DNA of 64,000 nt from Octopus sinensis (lineage: Eukaryota), in NCBI RefSeq assembly GCF_006345805.1, contig NC_043011.1:42420464-42484463 (forward strand). Direction: 5' to 3'. The translations under genes were made by a program, and so were the position numbers. Positions 25,344 through 38,998 of this stretch are shown here, piece after piece. A model generated the notes under the pieces. The model was not told the origin of the DNA and made no database searches. It saw only the letters and a program-made list of their open reading frames with translations. The first letter of the stretch is position 1. Every line of letters starts with the position of its first letter.

Positions 25344-25822
25344 CAATGGTTCTCAACCACTTTTTTGCTTTTGGACCTCTTTCATTCATGTTTTACTCTA
25401 CAAGACCACCACAGCCATTTGATGTGTGTGTGTGTGTGTGTGTATATAAAACAAATATCCTAAATTTTTATGGTTAAATATTATTTTGCTACACCAATAA
25501 TAACACATGCACAGGTTCCATTCCACTTCTCTATTGATAGTCAATTGGTTAAGTATCTAACCAATTAATCATTTGTTTAATGTGTTGGTTAAACAATCTC
25601 CCAAGATATAACGGAATTTGTTTCAATACATGAATTGCTACCAAGAATCTTGCAAATCAAATGCAAAAATGAAGTAAATATTATTAGGAATAGTATAAAA
25701 TGATTGTTAAAATATTTTGTGAATTATAAAAGTATAAACAATTTATTGCTTATAAATTTTAACAACAAAATCTTATATGACACCCCTCCAAGGGCCATAT
25801 GAATACCAATCAAAAACCACTG
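25344..25822. mobile_element. Possible decayed hAT-type MITE
   Basis: Left end caatggttctcaacc and right end aatcaaaaaccactg resemble the CAGTGGTTCTCAACC terminal inverted repeat; no TSD recognisable. Confidence 0.35.
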
Positions 25823-27907
25823 CCATATACCTTTATAGCTAATCCTCACACTATCTATGTTTATGACCAGTCTTAACACTATCCATATTTATAACTGTCT
25901 TCATACAGTTCACCTTTATGACCAGTTATGACATAGTTCACCTGTGTGACCGGGCCCCTAGTTTAGGGTTTCCAAGACCAATTATGAAAATATTCTAAGA
26001 TATATAAAACAGCTGAATAAATATTTCTTACATATTTTATGTTTTGGATTGAATTTTAGATTGCACTAGTGGCTGCTGCCACCACCACGACTACTACCAT
26101 CATCATCAGCCCCCCCCCTCCCTTCATTATCACCACCGCCGCCATCACTACTACTATAACGTCATCCTATTCTTACTACTTGCTTACAGGAAACAGAAGA
26201 GAGAGGGAGAGAGAGTGAGAGAGATTTTAGTGAAGTAGGTTTGACTGAAGTACCAAGAACCTGTAGACCACGTTATTGTTGTCATCACTTATCGTCAGTA
26301 CCATGATCATGAAGACCAATGACATCATCACCACCACCACCACCCCATCTACCACCCCACTTCATAACAATTGCTGAACTGTCATTGTCACAGTAATCAA
26401 AAGACATGACAAAAGATGAACTTTATTGGGTCAACATTTAGGAACAGCAACAATCACTAACATCAACACCACCACCAGGCACTACTATTACCACTACTAC
26501 TACTAGTAGTAGCAGTAGTAGTAGTAGTAGCAGCAGCAGGTGGTGGTGGTGGTGACTCTGGTAGTAGAGACAATAACAACAACAAATGACTCATATCAAA
26601 GTAATATATTGAACTCTACCCCCCCCCGCTACCCCCACTCTCTCCCCCTACCATCTCAGTGTTTATTTACTGACTTACATAAGATGGTGTCGTTGTTATT
26701 GTTGTTGTTACATCTTCTCTCACAACTAGCTTCAGGTCAACCCACACTTCCTAAGTGAAACAGGGTAGCTGGGAAACTGTACAGAAGCTTGTTGGGAAAC
26801 TGTACAGAACCTGTAATTGTAAGCCCCGGGCCTTGTCATACACTGTGTCCCACTGATGTTGCCTGATGATTAGAGAATGTAAGAAGACAAGCGTCTGTGT
26901 GTGTGGAATACACAACCACTAGCACTAATACACTTCACAATTATCGTAGTCATTTAACATCTGTTTTCTCTGCTGGCATGGGTTGGATGGTTTGACAGGA
27001 GCTGGCAAGGCTGGGGGAAGCACCAGGCTCCATTATTTTGGCATGGTTTCTACAGCTGGATGCCCTTTACTACCACTTTACAGAGTGTACTGGGTGCTTT
27101 TTTCTGTGTAACACCAGCACCAGTGCTTTTAACGTGGAACCAGCACCGGTGCAGCAACTTGCAAAACAAAACCCTCTCAGCTGGGAGGAAGGAAGGAAGT
27201 AAGGACGAGTAGTAATGGTGGTGGTGGTGGCTTTGCGCCAGTTGATGAAAGATTAGAGGTAGAGAGGGATAGGGGCAGGTGTCTTGTTGTCGAGCAGATA
27301 CATGAATACTCCAGCCCTTAGAGAAATGGGTAATAGTCCAGTTGATTGAGCAAGTACAAACAGACATTCTCACAGATAACACAAATCTATTAATGTTTAT
27401 TTGTAATGTCAGGGTGTCTGTCTGCCGGCTGGCTAGAGCTTGTCTGGTTAGTTGGTCTTTTGTTTTGTGTATTTATGTTCCATTGTGCAGTGCAGCTTGT
27501 ACATGGTACCTGTCTGCAGCCTGCATTGATGCAAAATGTTGCTGGTGATATTGTTGCTAAATTCTGTTAAAAATGAAAAATTACGTGAAATTATCCAACA
27601 CGATGGACGTATGAGAAAGTCCTTTAAGTCCAGCCGAAGCTAAAGAGTATGGTGGTGCTTTGTCCTAACCGGGGGGGGGGGCCCTACAGTGTGTTTTGTC
27701 TATTTTGTAGGGCAGTGGTTGGTTGTACGGGTTGTAGTGTAGTGAGTGGTTATGGAATGGGAATGTTATTGTATGTGTATGCAACTTTATAGTACAGTAT
27801 TTAAACAAGGTATGTTAAGGTAGAGGTGTAATAATAACACAAGGTATGTAGAATGGATGTCTAGTGTAACACACACACACACAAGGATTGTGTAAGATTT
27901 GACTACT

Positions 27908-27946
<39 letters not shown>

Positions 27947-30099
27947 GGTGAGGGTGTTAAGTGTATTGCACAAAGATTACAGGAGTGGTGGCATCAGAGG
28001 ATTGGTAACTGGGAGAGGAAGAGGAGGGAATAGGATAATTATTTCAGTGTAAGTAGAATGGAACAGAGACTACTTCAGACAGTGTGTGTACGTGTGTGTC
28101 TATACGTGTGTGTGTGTGTGTGTGTGTGTGAAGCAAAAAAGATGAGAATATAAATAAGATAAGAGAGGAGGGGGATTCAGAGTATGTGTAACTGGTTAAT
28201 AGTGTATGTGTGTGTAATAAGTTTTAGAGAGAAAAGAGAATAAGAGTACAGCAGTAGGAGTGGGAGAGAGTGGTTGAAAGGAGTGAGAGGGTGAGTAAAT
28301 AAGTATAACAGTGTGTGTATGTGTGTGTGTGTGTGCAGTGAGTTTTAGAGTAAGAGGAAGAAGAAAGTGTGGGAGGAAGACAGAGAGAAGGAGAATGGAA
28401 AGAAGGAAGGAGAGGAAAATGAAAGGGAGAGAGGAAAACATGATCCAGAAAAATGGGTGGTGGGTGGTGGTGGTGGTGGTGTCCTTGATCTCAATAGACA
28501 AAGTTTATTAATTAACTTCCCTTGTTCCACATGTCTGTAGTTGCAATTAGCCTTACCAGTTACACTAATGAAGCAACTGGTAGCATTGAGTGATTAATAT
28601 ACTTGTATAGAATTTAATAATGAAAGAGGGAGAGAGAGAGATCTTGACAGCTTCTAATAAAACTTCATTGCATATGCATGTGCAAGCGTGTATGCATGCG
28701 TGTGTGCGTGCGTGTGTGAGATACTGTAATATGTATTCTAATGACTTTGCATGTTTTAATACAACTTCTAGTGTCACAAGTACAATGACGTTTATCTGTT
28801 GGCACATTAGCATCATTAGAGCATCACCGTATAATAAAAGAGATAAAAATAATTTCATCATAGTGTTATGGTTCAGGAAATGACGTACCATATTGCTTTC
28901 CATTTTCACTTGAAGAGCCCTAGGATGGGAGTTGTTTTTTTTGTTTAAAAAATATTTTTTTTTGTTTTCTAAATTCAAAATATGAAGAGGCTATTTGAAG
29001 AGAGAGAGATGTCTAATGGTCTCATTACATCATATAGGTGTGTTTGTGTACTCTCACTCTCTCTTCTCCTTTCATTCATATAATATATATACATATATAT
29101 ATATATATATCATCATCATCATTTAACGTCTGCTTTCCATGCTGGCATGGGTTGGACAGTTTGACTGGGGTGATTCCGTGACACAGAATGTGACAAGGGT
29201 GGCCCCTTTGAAATGCAGGAACAACTCATTTTTGTCAGCTGAGTGGACTGGAGCAATGTGGAATAAAGGGTCTTGCTCAAGGACACAATGTGCTGTTGGG
29301 AATTGAACTCACAACCTTACACCACTGTGTGGAACCTTGGGTAAGTGTCTTCTACCAAAGCCCCAGTCTGACCAAAGGCTTGTGAGTGGATTTAGTAGAT
29401 GGAAACTGAATGAAGCCCACCATGTGTGTGTGTGTGTGTGTGTGTATGTATCCTTGTCTTGACATCACATGATGGCTGTAAACAAGCATCCCTGCTATAC
29501 AAGCAGGGTAGTTTATTACCAGTCTTCTGTGAAAACATGTCTGTCACGAAGAATTATCTTACTTGGAATGGAAAGAGCTGAAAGTTGGTGACAGGAAGAG
29601 CATTTGACCGTAGATAATTTGCCTCAATAAGCTCTGTCCAACCCATTCAAGCGGAGAAAAGTTGATGTTAAAAATGATGATGATGATGATGATATGAAAG
29701 AGAGATAGAGAGGAAGAGGGAGGGATGTGAGAGGGAAGGTAGAAGAGAGATAAAGAGGAAGAGGGAGGGATGTGAGAGATAGAGAGGAAAAGAGATAGTA
29801 GTGTTATCTAAAACTGAAAGTAAAACATTACTTATTATAAAGGTCTAAAGTGCCAAGGTCACGGCTGCCCAGTAATCACACATGAGAATGGAACAGACAC
29901 ACAGTAAGAAAGAATATATATATAAAGAGATATAAACAGTTCTTAGAATTCACTAGAACAGAAGACAGATAAGATAGCAAAATAATAAGAGATAATGGAT
30001 ATCAGGCATGACCCTCTTAGCCTAATCCTAGTCACTAAAATTTTACAATAATTTGAAATTGTTTTCTTTTTTTCCAGATTAAATAATAAATATACTCAC

Positions 30100-30192
30100 A
30101 TCTGTAGCACTCTTATATGTGACTTTCTTCAAGTAGACATTGTACACTGCGCCATTTTCCCTCTCTTCACTCCAGAATTTTGATGCATCTTC
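30100..30192 (-). CDS. Rgl: RalGEF exon 2: EDASKFWSEERENGAVYNVYLKKVTYKSATD
   Basis: ttctacag| acceptor, |gtgagt donor, 93 nt, phase 0-0; matches the family N-terminal W-x-EE-x-x-x-GA-V-Y-x-V-x-LKKV motif. Confidence 0.92.
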
Positions 30193-30430
30193 CTGTAGAA
30201 GAAAAAAAAAAAGAGAGAGAAAATGAATAGAAATCCTCATTATTATCATCAACATTATTGTCACCACCACCACCATAATTATTTTACATCATCATTATCA
30301 TCATTTTACATCTGCTTTCCATGGATTGGAGAGACAGTCAGTCATCTCTTATTGGAAGCTATTACAACTCCTAAACACATGTAGGAGCTTATATATATAT
30401 ATATATAGTGAACCCCCCCCCAAAAAAAAA

Positions 30431-30620
30431 AACCAAGAACAAACACAAAAAACAACAATGCAAGGACGTGGTACATGTAAAGTATTGGCAGATGCTCAAG
30501 GAAGGAAAGAAAGATGGTTTAATGTTTTGAGCAGAGCTCTTCTTCAGAAACAGAGGCAAGTCCAATAGAAAAGGAAGAAGGAGGTAAAAGAAAATTGCCA
30601 ACGATTCACATGTGGTTACA
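30431..30620 (-). mobile_element. Second copy of the Penelope-like fragment with hammerhead-like core
   Basis: Minus strand: gtttCTGAAGAagagctctgctcAAAACattaaac; aligns along its length with 8932-9128. Confidence 0.65.
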
Positions 30621-31673
30621 TCATCATTTAATGTCTGTACTTCCATGTTTGCATGTGTCAGACAGAATTCAATGAAACAAATTTTCTATGGCCAGATAGA
30701 TGCCTGTCCCGTCCCCAACTCTCACTCATTTCCAGGCAACGGGAACTGAACAACACTGTCTGTATGATGGTGATACTCATTTACAGCGATCACACCAAGG
30801 ATTGACAAGTGCATTGACCATTTACGAATACATCTAGAAGCATCACAGAATATGTAGGTGGTCAACTGGATCATTCCAGGATGCAATGAACACTACTTGG
30901 ACATCTCTGGTGGCAAGAATGGAAAGTAATCAAGAGAATTGTGAAGCAAAGAACAGACAGAAAATGATCTAAAAAGACCCGATGACACAAGAGATAACTG
31001 TTAACAATGCTGAACATCTAGTAAGCCATTGGTAAATAAAAGAAAATTATTCAAGAGTGATGGACACTTGACTCTTGATATTCTGTTGAAAATATTCTAA
31101 GACTGAAAGCTAGTCTTGTAATACAACAGAAATGAATGATTGAAAATGAAATTTGAATTTTCTCCTTTACATTAGAGAATTCCATACTGCTTTCCAAATG
31201 AAGGCAAACAAGAGTAGTATAGTTTTTGCGATATTGTATGGCTCTATGTATAGTTTTTGTGATTCTGTTAGGAGTGGCTGACACATGCAGTTCTGTTTGG
31301 TACTGTGTCATGCAGGAAGTTAAGTGTTAAAGAGGAAGAGAGACGAATCAAGAGGAACACTCTAAAATCACTCCCTGCTAAGCAGATTTATGATGATGAT
31401 GATGGTCATAAGGCTGGTGTATGTATGTATGTATATAGCAGACATGTATATGTACCACCAGCTAACTAGTTAGCTAGATAGATGATAGATTGATAGACAC
31501 AGAGATAGAGGGATAGGCAGATAGATAGATAGGTAGATAGATAGATAGAGAGAGATCTGATTATCTATGAGACTACCTCGGAGATGTAATGTTAATAGAA
31601 GTGACACTTGAGGAAAGACAGATGCAAATACACACACACACACACTCTCTCTCTCATACACACACTCACACAC

Positions 31674-31706
<33 letters not shown>

Positions 31707-32602
31707 TTCTTTCTCAGCCCTAATATCATCTCAACTAAAAGTACAGCTCCTTTTACAACTATTTAATTCCTACATGACCCACTCCACCACACCCGCCGCT
31801 GGTTATAAGTGGTTTTCTGTAATTTTATTTATTTTCATATTATTATTATTATTATTATTATTATCATTATTATTATGTTAATCTGGACATTTGCCCAAGA
31901 ATGGTTGGAGTAAGAAAACTAAACAGCTGTTTGTCTTTGTAAACTTCTACTCTTTCTTCTTCACCAGTTTGGCCTTCAGTTTTTTTTATTCTTCTCTCCT
32001 TACCAGCCTCTCAAACACACACACACACACACACAAACAACACACACACACACACACACACACACAGATTATTTCAATCTCAAAAGTGAAGCAAAAACGT
32101 CTGAAAATCCTGTAAGGGCTGTTGTTCTCATGCTTTGCGAATGAGTGGGGATTTCAGGGCCCAGTGATAGATGACAGATGCTAGGTCCAGTTTCATAAGC
32201 TTGCTGACCTGCTTGAGACATTTCCATTATAGAACCAACTACCTCATGCAAAAGACTACCTTTTGTTTTGCTTGCGTGCTTGTAGAGGATCTCCAGAGCC
32301 CTACACATTGTTAACCCCACACAATTCCTTGGGGCCATCCTCTATCTGGTTACTTGACTTGCTAGACACTGTATTCATTTATGATACAGTATATTTGAAA
32401 AAGGTGGGCTGGTCATGGCTGGAATACCTTTGAAAATAGATCTGCTCAATTGCGGGATGAGGAGTGGTCGCCTCAGGGCTAAATAACGACAACAAAGAGC
32501 CTGAGAAAATGGTTCGGATTGTGGTAGAACAGAGCAGATCATGTAAGATTTGAACCTGTAAATCTGCAACCATATAAATGTCCATGTAACCATGCCACTC
32601 AC

Positions 32603-32635
<33 letters not shown>

Positions 32636-32754
32636 TACTATACAACCACAACAAGCCACCAGCAAGCTGAGTTTCTGGCAAAGTTTTATTTTTCCAGTTG
32701 ACTTGTTTCATTTCACCTTAATCCTTCCTTAATCCACATCGTTGTGTGTGTGTG

Positions 32755-32786
<32 letters not shown>

Positions 32787-33379
32787 AATAGACTGCAGAA
32801 GACTAGACTCCAACACACAAGTAGGAGCATACACCTGACACATACTACATGGACATGTAGTATCCCCATCCTTTAGTGACCAGACAACACATTCGGAAGT
32901 TACATGTGAGTGAATGTTGCATGTGTATTATTAATGTTGCATACTGTACAAATATGTGTGTGTGTGTGTGTGTAAGCTGATACTTTTTTTTTTGATTAAT
33001 AATCAGTGGAAGTTACTGAGTGACTCAACGCCTGAGAGTTTCGTGCATTGGCGCTTAAGGAGCAACACTTTTGGTCCTTGTGTTACTCTGTAATTTCTGC
33101 CAATTATTAATATTAATAAATAAGAAAAATGTATCAGTCGATCTCTCTGTTTGTCTCTCTCTCTCTCTCTCTCTCTCTATTCTATCTGTTTGTGTAAGGG
33201 AGTAAAGAACAATGCTGAAAGGAGGAGAGTGAAGAAAAAGAAAGGAGAGAAAACATGCAAGGTTGGGAGAGACAGAGAGAGAGAGGGGGGGATATAATAC
33301 AGGTACATGGGTTATAGAGAATAAGAGGGGGAAAGAGAGAGAGAGAGAGAGAGCATAGAGAGGAGAAAAAGGTATGAGC

Positions 33380-33411
<32 letters not shown>

Positions 33412-34044
33412 AGTGATGAAGAAAGGGCAAGGTAATAGGGTGAGCGAGGAGGGGGTAATAAATAAATTACAGAAAGGTGAGAGAAGAAAAAATTGCGATG
33501 GTGGAAGGAGGAGGGGGTGAAGAGGGTGGAAGTGGAAGGCAATGATGCAAGTGAACAGGTGGTGGTGGTGGTGGTGGTGGTGGTGGCGGCGGTGGTGATG
33601 GTGAGATGTTTGTTTATAATACAAATGACTGTTGATTGCTCTACAGAGAATCTCTCTTCTCCTCCCCCCCCATTTTCCCCCTCTTCACCCATCCTACCCC
33701 ACCCCCACATGCATGCCTGCCTCCACCTTACTCCAACTCCCACACACCCCTCCTTCAGTACTTAATTTCCACCGTGACCCAAATCTCTGCTAAAGCTATA
33801 ATTGACTTCTTCTTCAGCTATTAGTGGAGAGAATTCCAAGAACTACCCTAAGCAACCACCACCACCACCACTACCATAACAGCAACAACAATAACAACAA
33901 TCACTAGCATCACACCTACCGCCACCACCACCATCATCAACAACATTAATATCACCACCACCACCACCTGCTTCTCACCACCCACTTACTTTTCTTTCAT
34001 TTACCCCACCCACAAAACGCACAAGTTAACACATACATACATAC

Positions 34045-34092
<48 letters not shown>

Positions 34093-35696
34093 TATATACA
34101 CCCATAATCACACACAAAGGTATACATGAGAAATGGTACACACACAAACATATGATAGAAGCCGGGTATTGTGATCACTTTTGAGTGGAATCTTCTCGAT
34201 AATAATATCTGATAATATTATCCAGTAAGAACCTACCACAACATGTGTGTATGTGTGTCTACCTGTCCATGTGTATATATGTAAATTCAGACATCTTTAC
34301 AAGTGATGGTGAGAATATGTATGCGTGTATGTAGCATTTTGCATGTAGGCGTATATACACACACACACACACACACAGCTTTAGCAAATAATAAACAACA
34401 CTTAGATTATGGCAGAGTTGAGTCTCAAATGCTGAGAAGTTTTGCGCTGTTGTTGCTGTTGTTATTGTTGCGCACTTACTAATAACTTTCTCAGATAGCT
34501 GGGTTTAGTAGGTGAACACTATGCCACCCAAGTACCACCTTAGCTGGGTTAGAGAGAGAGAGAGAGAGAGTGTGTGTGTGTTATGGTTAGTGAATATAGA
34601 TGAGTCCCAAAGGTGAGTTGTTGTTTGAAGTCTGAGGGACACTTAGCAAGTTTCTCAGATTGGATTGTTGGGTTAAGTATTGGAACACTAGCCTTACACC
34701 CCACCCTCGGACTAACAAGCTTTCTGACTTGTAGTGGGTGAGGGAGTAGTGTTAGAGAGAAAGAGGGGGGAGGGAGAGAGGGTTACTGAAGAGTAAATAA
34801 TCTTTTATAGTCATTCTCTTTCAGCAATTAATATTTCTTAGGGAGAGTAAGCAGCCACCCTGCCCCCATCACCCTGCAACCACCCACTTCTTCCTTTCAG
34901 TGGTGGTGGGGAGGGCGAGTGAGGTGAGGGAAATGATGAAAGAATGAGAGAACAAGAGAGAGATGAACAAAAGAAGGAGGAAGAGAGAGAGAGAGAGATG
35001 AACAAGGGGAGAGAGAAAGAGAGAGAGAAGTAAAATTACAACAACAACACAGTAAAAGAAGCCAAAACTGAAGTCATCTGGAGGAGGAGGAGGAGGAGGA
35101 GGGGTAGAAGTGAGGTAAATTACCATATAGGTGTAGGAATTAATATTCTCACACACATTGTAAGGAAAGGTGGACATAAGAGGCTGGGTGAATCAGGTGG
35201 AAAATATACATTACCAAGAGCTAATTGGTTCCTATAATGGCACCATGTCTCCACGGCCAAGGCACTCAGTGCTGGAATAACTCAGTGCACTGGACTGTAA
35301 ACAGGTACCACAAATATGATAGAATTCACTGTACCATGTCCATCACCAAAATAACTCACAAGCAACAACCCAATCCACCTAGCCAAGCAGGCAGCACAAT
35401 AGGTTCTATAGTTCACCATATTGTGTCAATGGTCAAAACTCATAATTGCCAATGGACCCAGTCCACCTAGCTGTAAGTAGGCACCACACTGGGGTACAGT
35501 GTGTTATGGCTTCAAATTTGGATTCACTATCAGTAATTTTATGGAGAGGGAGTTAGTTGATTACATCGGGCCCCAGTATATCGGCAGGTATCTGTTCCAA
35601 CCATGGCAGAGTTTAAACTCAGAACATAATGAACTGGAAGAAATACCATCAGGCATTTTTGTCTGGTGCTTCAAGTATTTTGGCAAAACACCATTC

Positions 35697-35699
<3 letters not shown>

Positions 35700-35727
<28 letters not shown>

Positions 35728-35937
35728 CCTTTCTACTATAGGCACAAGGCCTGAAATGTGGTGGTGGTGGGGCAGTCGATCAGATCGACCCCAGTATGCA
35801 ACGGGAACTTAATTTATCGACCCCGAAAGGGTGAAAGGCAAAGTTCACCTCAGTGGAATTTGAACTCAGAACCCGAAGACAGACAAAATACTGCTAAGCA
35901 TTTTGCTTGGCGTGCTAATGATTCTGCCAGCTCACTG

Positions 35938-35992
<55 letters not shown>

Positions 35993-36910
35993 CATGTTTT
36001 CAAATTTTGACACAAGGCTAGCAATATCGGGGTGGGGCTGGGGGTTATGTCAATTGCATCAACCCCAGTTTTCAACTGGTACTTGTTTTAATTGACCCTG
36101 AAAAAATAAAAAGCCTAAGGCAACCTCAGTAGGAATTGAACTCTGAACAATTGAAATGCTGCTTAGCATTTTGCCTGGCATGCCAACAATTCTGCTAGCT
36201 CTAAACCACCCTGATAATAATAATAATAATAATGATGATGATGATGATGAGGAGGAGGAGGGTGTGGCCCCAAGAGATTAGGGGTAGTATGAAATAAAGT
36301 GAAAAGTAGGTGAAAGCAACAAAAACAAGGGAATACCAACAAATGGGGAGAGAAGGCCATCTTGGATAATTCAAAGGGAGAAAAAGCCCACACAAAATCC
36401 CAGATGACTCTACAGAATCAAAGGAATTGAAATTACCATTTCCCAGTTTATTTCCTTCTGTTTCGAATCACATACATAGAGGAGCCCCATTCAGCTTTGT
36501 AATTCAAATAATAATGATGATGATAATGATAATAATAATCCTTTCTACTAAAGGCACAAAGCTTGAAATTTTTGTGGGAGGGGACTAGTCGATTACATCA
36601 ACCCCAATACTCAACTAGTACTTTTTTCATCAACCCTGAATGGATGAAAGGCGAAGTTGACTTTGGCAGAATTTGAACTCAGAACGTAAAGACGGACGAA
36701 ATGCTGCCAAACATTTTGTTTGGCATGCTAATGATTCTGCCACAATAAAAAAAAAAAAAAAATAATAATAATATTGGCACAGGGCGAGTAGTTTTGAAGG
36801 ATGGGGGCTGGCCAATACCATTAATCCCAATCCTCGACTGATATGTTATTTTATTGACCTCCAAAAAGATGAAAGGCAAAGTTGATATTGTTAGGATATG
36901 AACTTACAGA
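35700..36910 (-). mobile_element. Cluster of four family-A SINE copies separated by (AAT)n tracts
   Basis: Copies at ~35725-35942, 35995-36200, 36538-36742 and 36770-36910, all in the same orientation. Other family-A copies lie at ~2800-3010, 15545-15770, 41360-41580, 41660-41865, 51260-51460. Confidence 0.85.
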
Positions 36911-36924
36911 ATTTCTTTTCTCAC

Positions 36925-37101
36925 ATTTGTTTCAGTCATTTGACTGTGGTCATGCTGGAGCACTGCCTTTAGTCGAGCAAATCGACCCCAGGAATTATTC
37001 TTTGTAAGCCTAGTACTTATTCTATTGGTCTTTTTTGCTGAACCACTAAGTTACGGGGATGTAAACACACCAGCATCGGTCATCAAGCGATGTTGCGGGG
37101 A

Positions 37102-37143
<42 letters not shown>

Positions 37144-37285
37144 CAACAGGCTTCTTTCAGTTTCTGTCTACCAAATCTACTCACAAGGCTTAGGTCAGGC
37201 CGAGGCTATAGTAGAAGACACTTGCCCAAGGTGCCATGTGGTTGGTAAGCAAGCTACTTACCACACAGCCACTCCTGCGCCTTCA
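36925..37285 (-). mobile_element. tRNA-headed SINE (family C) with internal (CA)n
   Basis: Minus-strand head ggcgcaggagtggctgtgtggtaagtagcttgcttacc; tail gctccagcatgaccacagtcaaatgactgaaac. Other copies at ~19100-19385, 29320-29690, 49345-50300, 51640-52100, 53135-53520, 58340-58520, 62070-62720. Confidence 0.85.
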
Positions 37286-38998
37286 ATGATAATAATATTT
37301 TGTGATCAGGAGAAGGCACAGGTGACTATATTGACCAAGTACTTTATTGGGGTTTTATTTCTTTTTGCATTGATGCTTGTACTTAAGGGCGATTGCTTTA
37401 TAGACGCAAGGGGTTTGCTTCCCAACCACAAGGAACTGTGGTCAATTCATTCGACCAAAAATTCTTCAAGATGGTGCCCCAGCATGGCCACTGTATAGTG
37501 ACTGAAACACAAGTAAAACATAAATAGTAACTCCAGAGGGGTGAAAATGAGAGTTGGCCTTGATGGGATTTGAGCTCGTAAAGGGAAAAAAGAAAAAACT
37601 GGAACAAATGCTCGATGCTCTGCAGCCGGACATCACATTATGAAGAATCTTGTGTATGCCCCAGAACAAAAAGGGTTTAAAATAAGAGGGCCAAATTAGT
37701 GCTTGGCTGGACAAGAGAAATACAGGGGACAAAACACCTTGGGTAAAACAGCATGGTTGCTAGTTTTGTTGTTATTATTGGCGATGGTGGTGGCGGTAGT
37801 AGTAATAGTAGTGAAGGAGGGAGTGGTAGTGAGAGTGATGGTATTGGTAGCAGTGTTACCGATAATGGTGGTGGTGGTGGTGGTAACAACTATGTTATGT
37901 CTACAGGAAAGTTAATTTTCAGGTGTGGGGTAGAATAGCATTAAAATTAGAGAGAGAAAGAGAGAGAGGGGTGTGTGGAGGAGGAGTAAGTGTAAACAGG
38001 AAATTTATTCTCTAAATTAGCAGACTTCTCCCCACTTTCCTCCCACCACATATCTCATTCCCTCTCCCCCACCCTCAGCCTTTCCACATCTGCTCCAGCA
38101 TCCGTGATTGCAGCTATTTGATTTGCTTACCACAACTACTGTCTGCACCACTACCACCACCACCGCCACCACCACTGCTGCTACCATTACCATCACAACA
38201 ACAAATCATTGATATGTAGATCCGTTCCAGCTGTAACGGAGATGTTTATTATAATTGTGGTGCAGCTGTATACAAGACAGACACTGATTGGTCAACAGGT
38301 TTTACCAAGCCAAGGCCAGACAGTGGCTGTCAGAGATAATATCAAAGCTATTCAGCCCCTTACACCACCACTTCCTGGCCATGACCATGTGCATTCTCAT
38401 TTAGACATACCATTGATAGACACAGACACACACATTCCTACACACACACACACACACACACATACACCCATACAAGCACACACTGCAGGTATTTTTAGAC
38501 TGGGGAACTCCAGCAGCCAGGTGCTGTTTACTGCATCAATCTCTATAAAAAGTTCCATTGCCTGCTCCCCGCTAGGACCCCCCCTCCAACCCCTTGCTAG
38601 AGTGTACAACACTTTTTCTTCTCAGACACAATAATCTAATTCTTTTAATTTCCACATTTGTTCCTTTGTTCGGCAGAGGAAGGGCATCGTCTGCAATGTT
38701 TCCGAGGGCCTCCAACACAAGCGTGAGGGAACAAACACTTGTGACAGAGTGGACTCTGCTGACATCGACCAAGGGGAGCTGAGGTTAGGGTTTAAAACAT
38801 GGAAACGATTAAGTCCATAGACAAATGATGATGATGATGCTTACATTTATTGTTCACCTAGGCACAAGGCAGCAGGTGTTAGTAGAGGGAACAATTGTGT
38901 CAGCCCCAGCATCTGATTGGTACTTTAGTTTATCAACTAATTCCCACCCAGAAGAATAAAAGCAAAGTCGATCTTGGCAAGATTTGAATGCAAGAATA

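Noticed and set aside
33010-33062. Hammerhead-like ctccttaag...cgaaac on the minus strand
   Set aside because: The core is not CUGANGA and the flanking stems do not pair.
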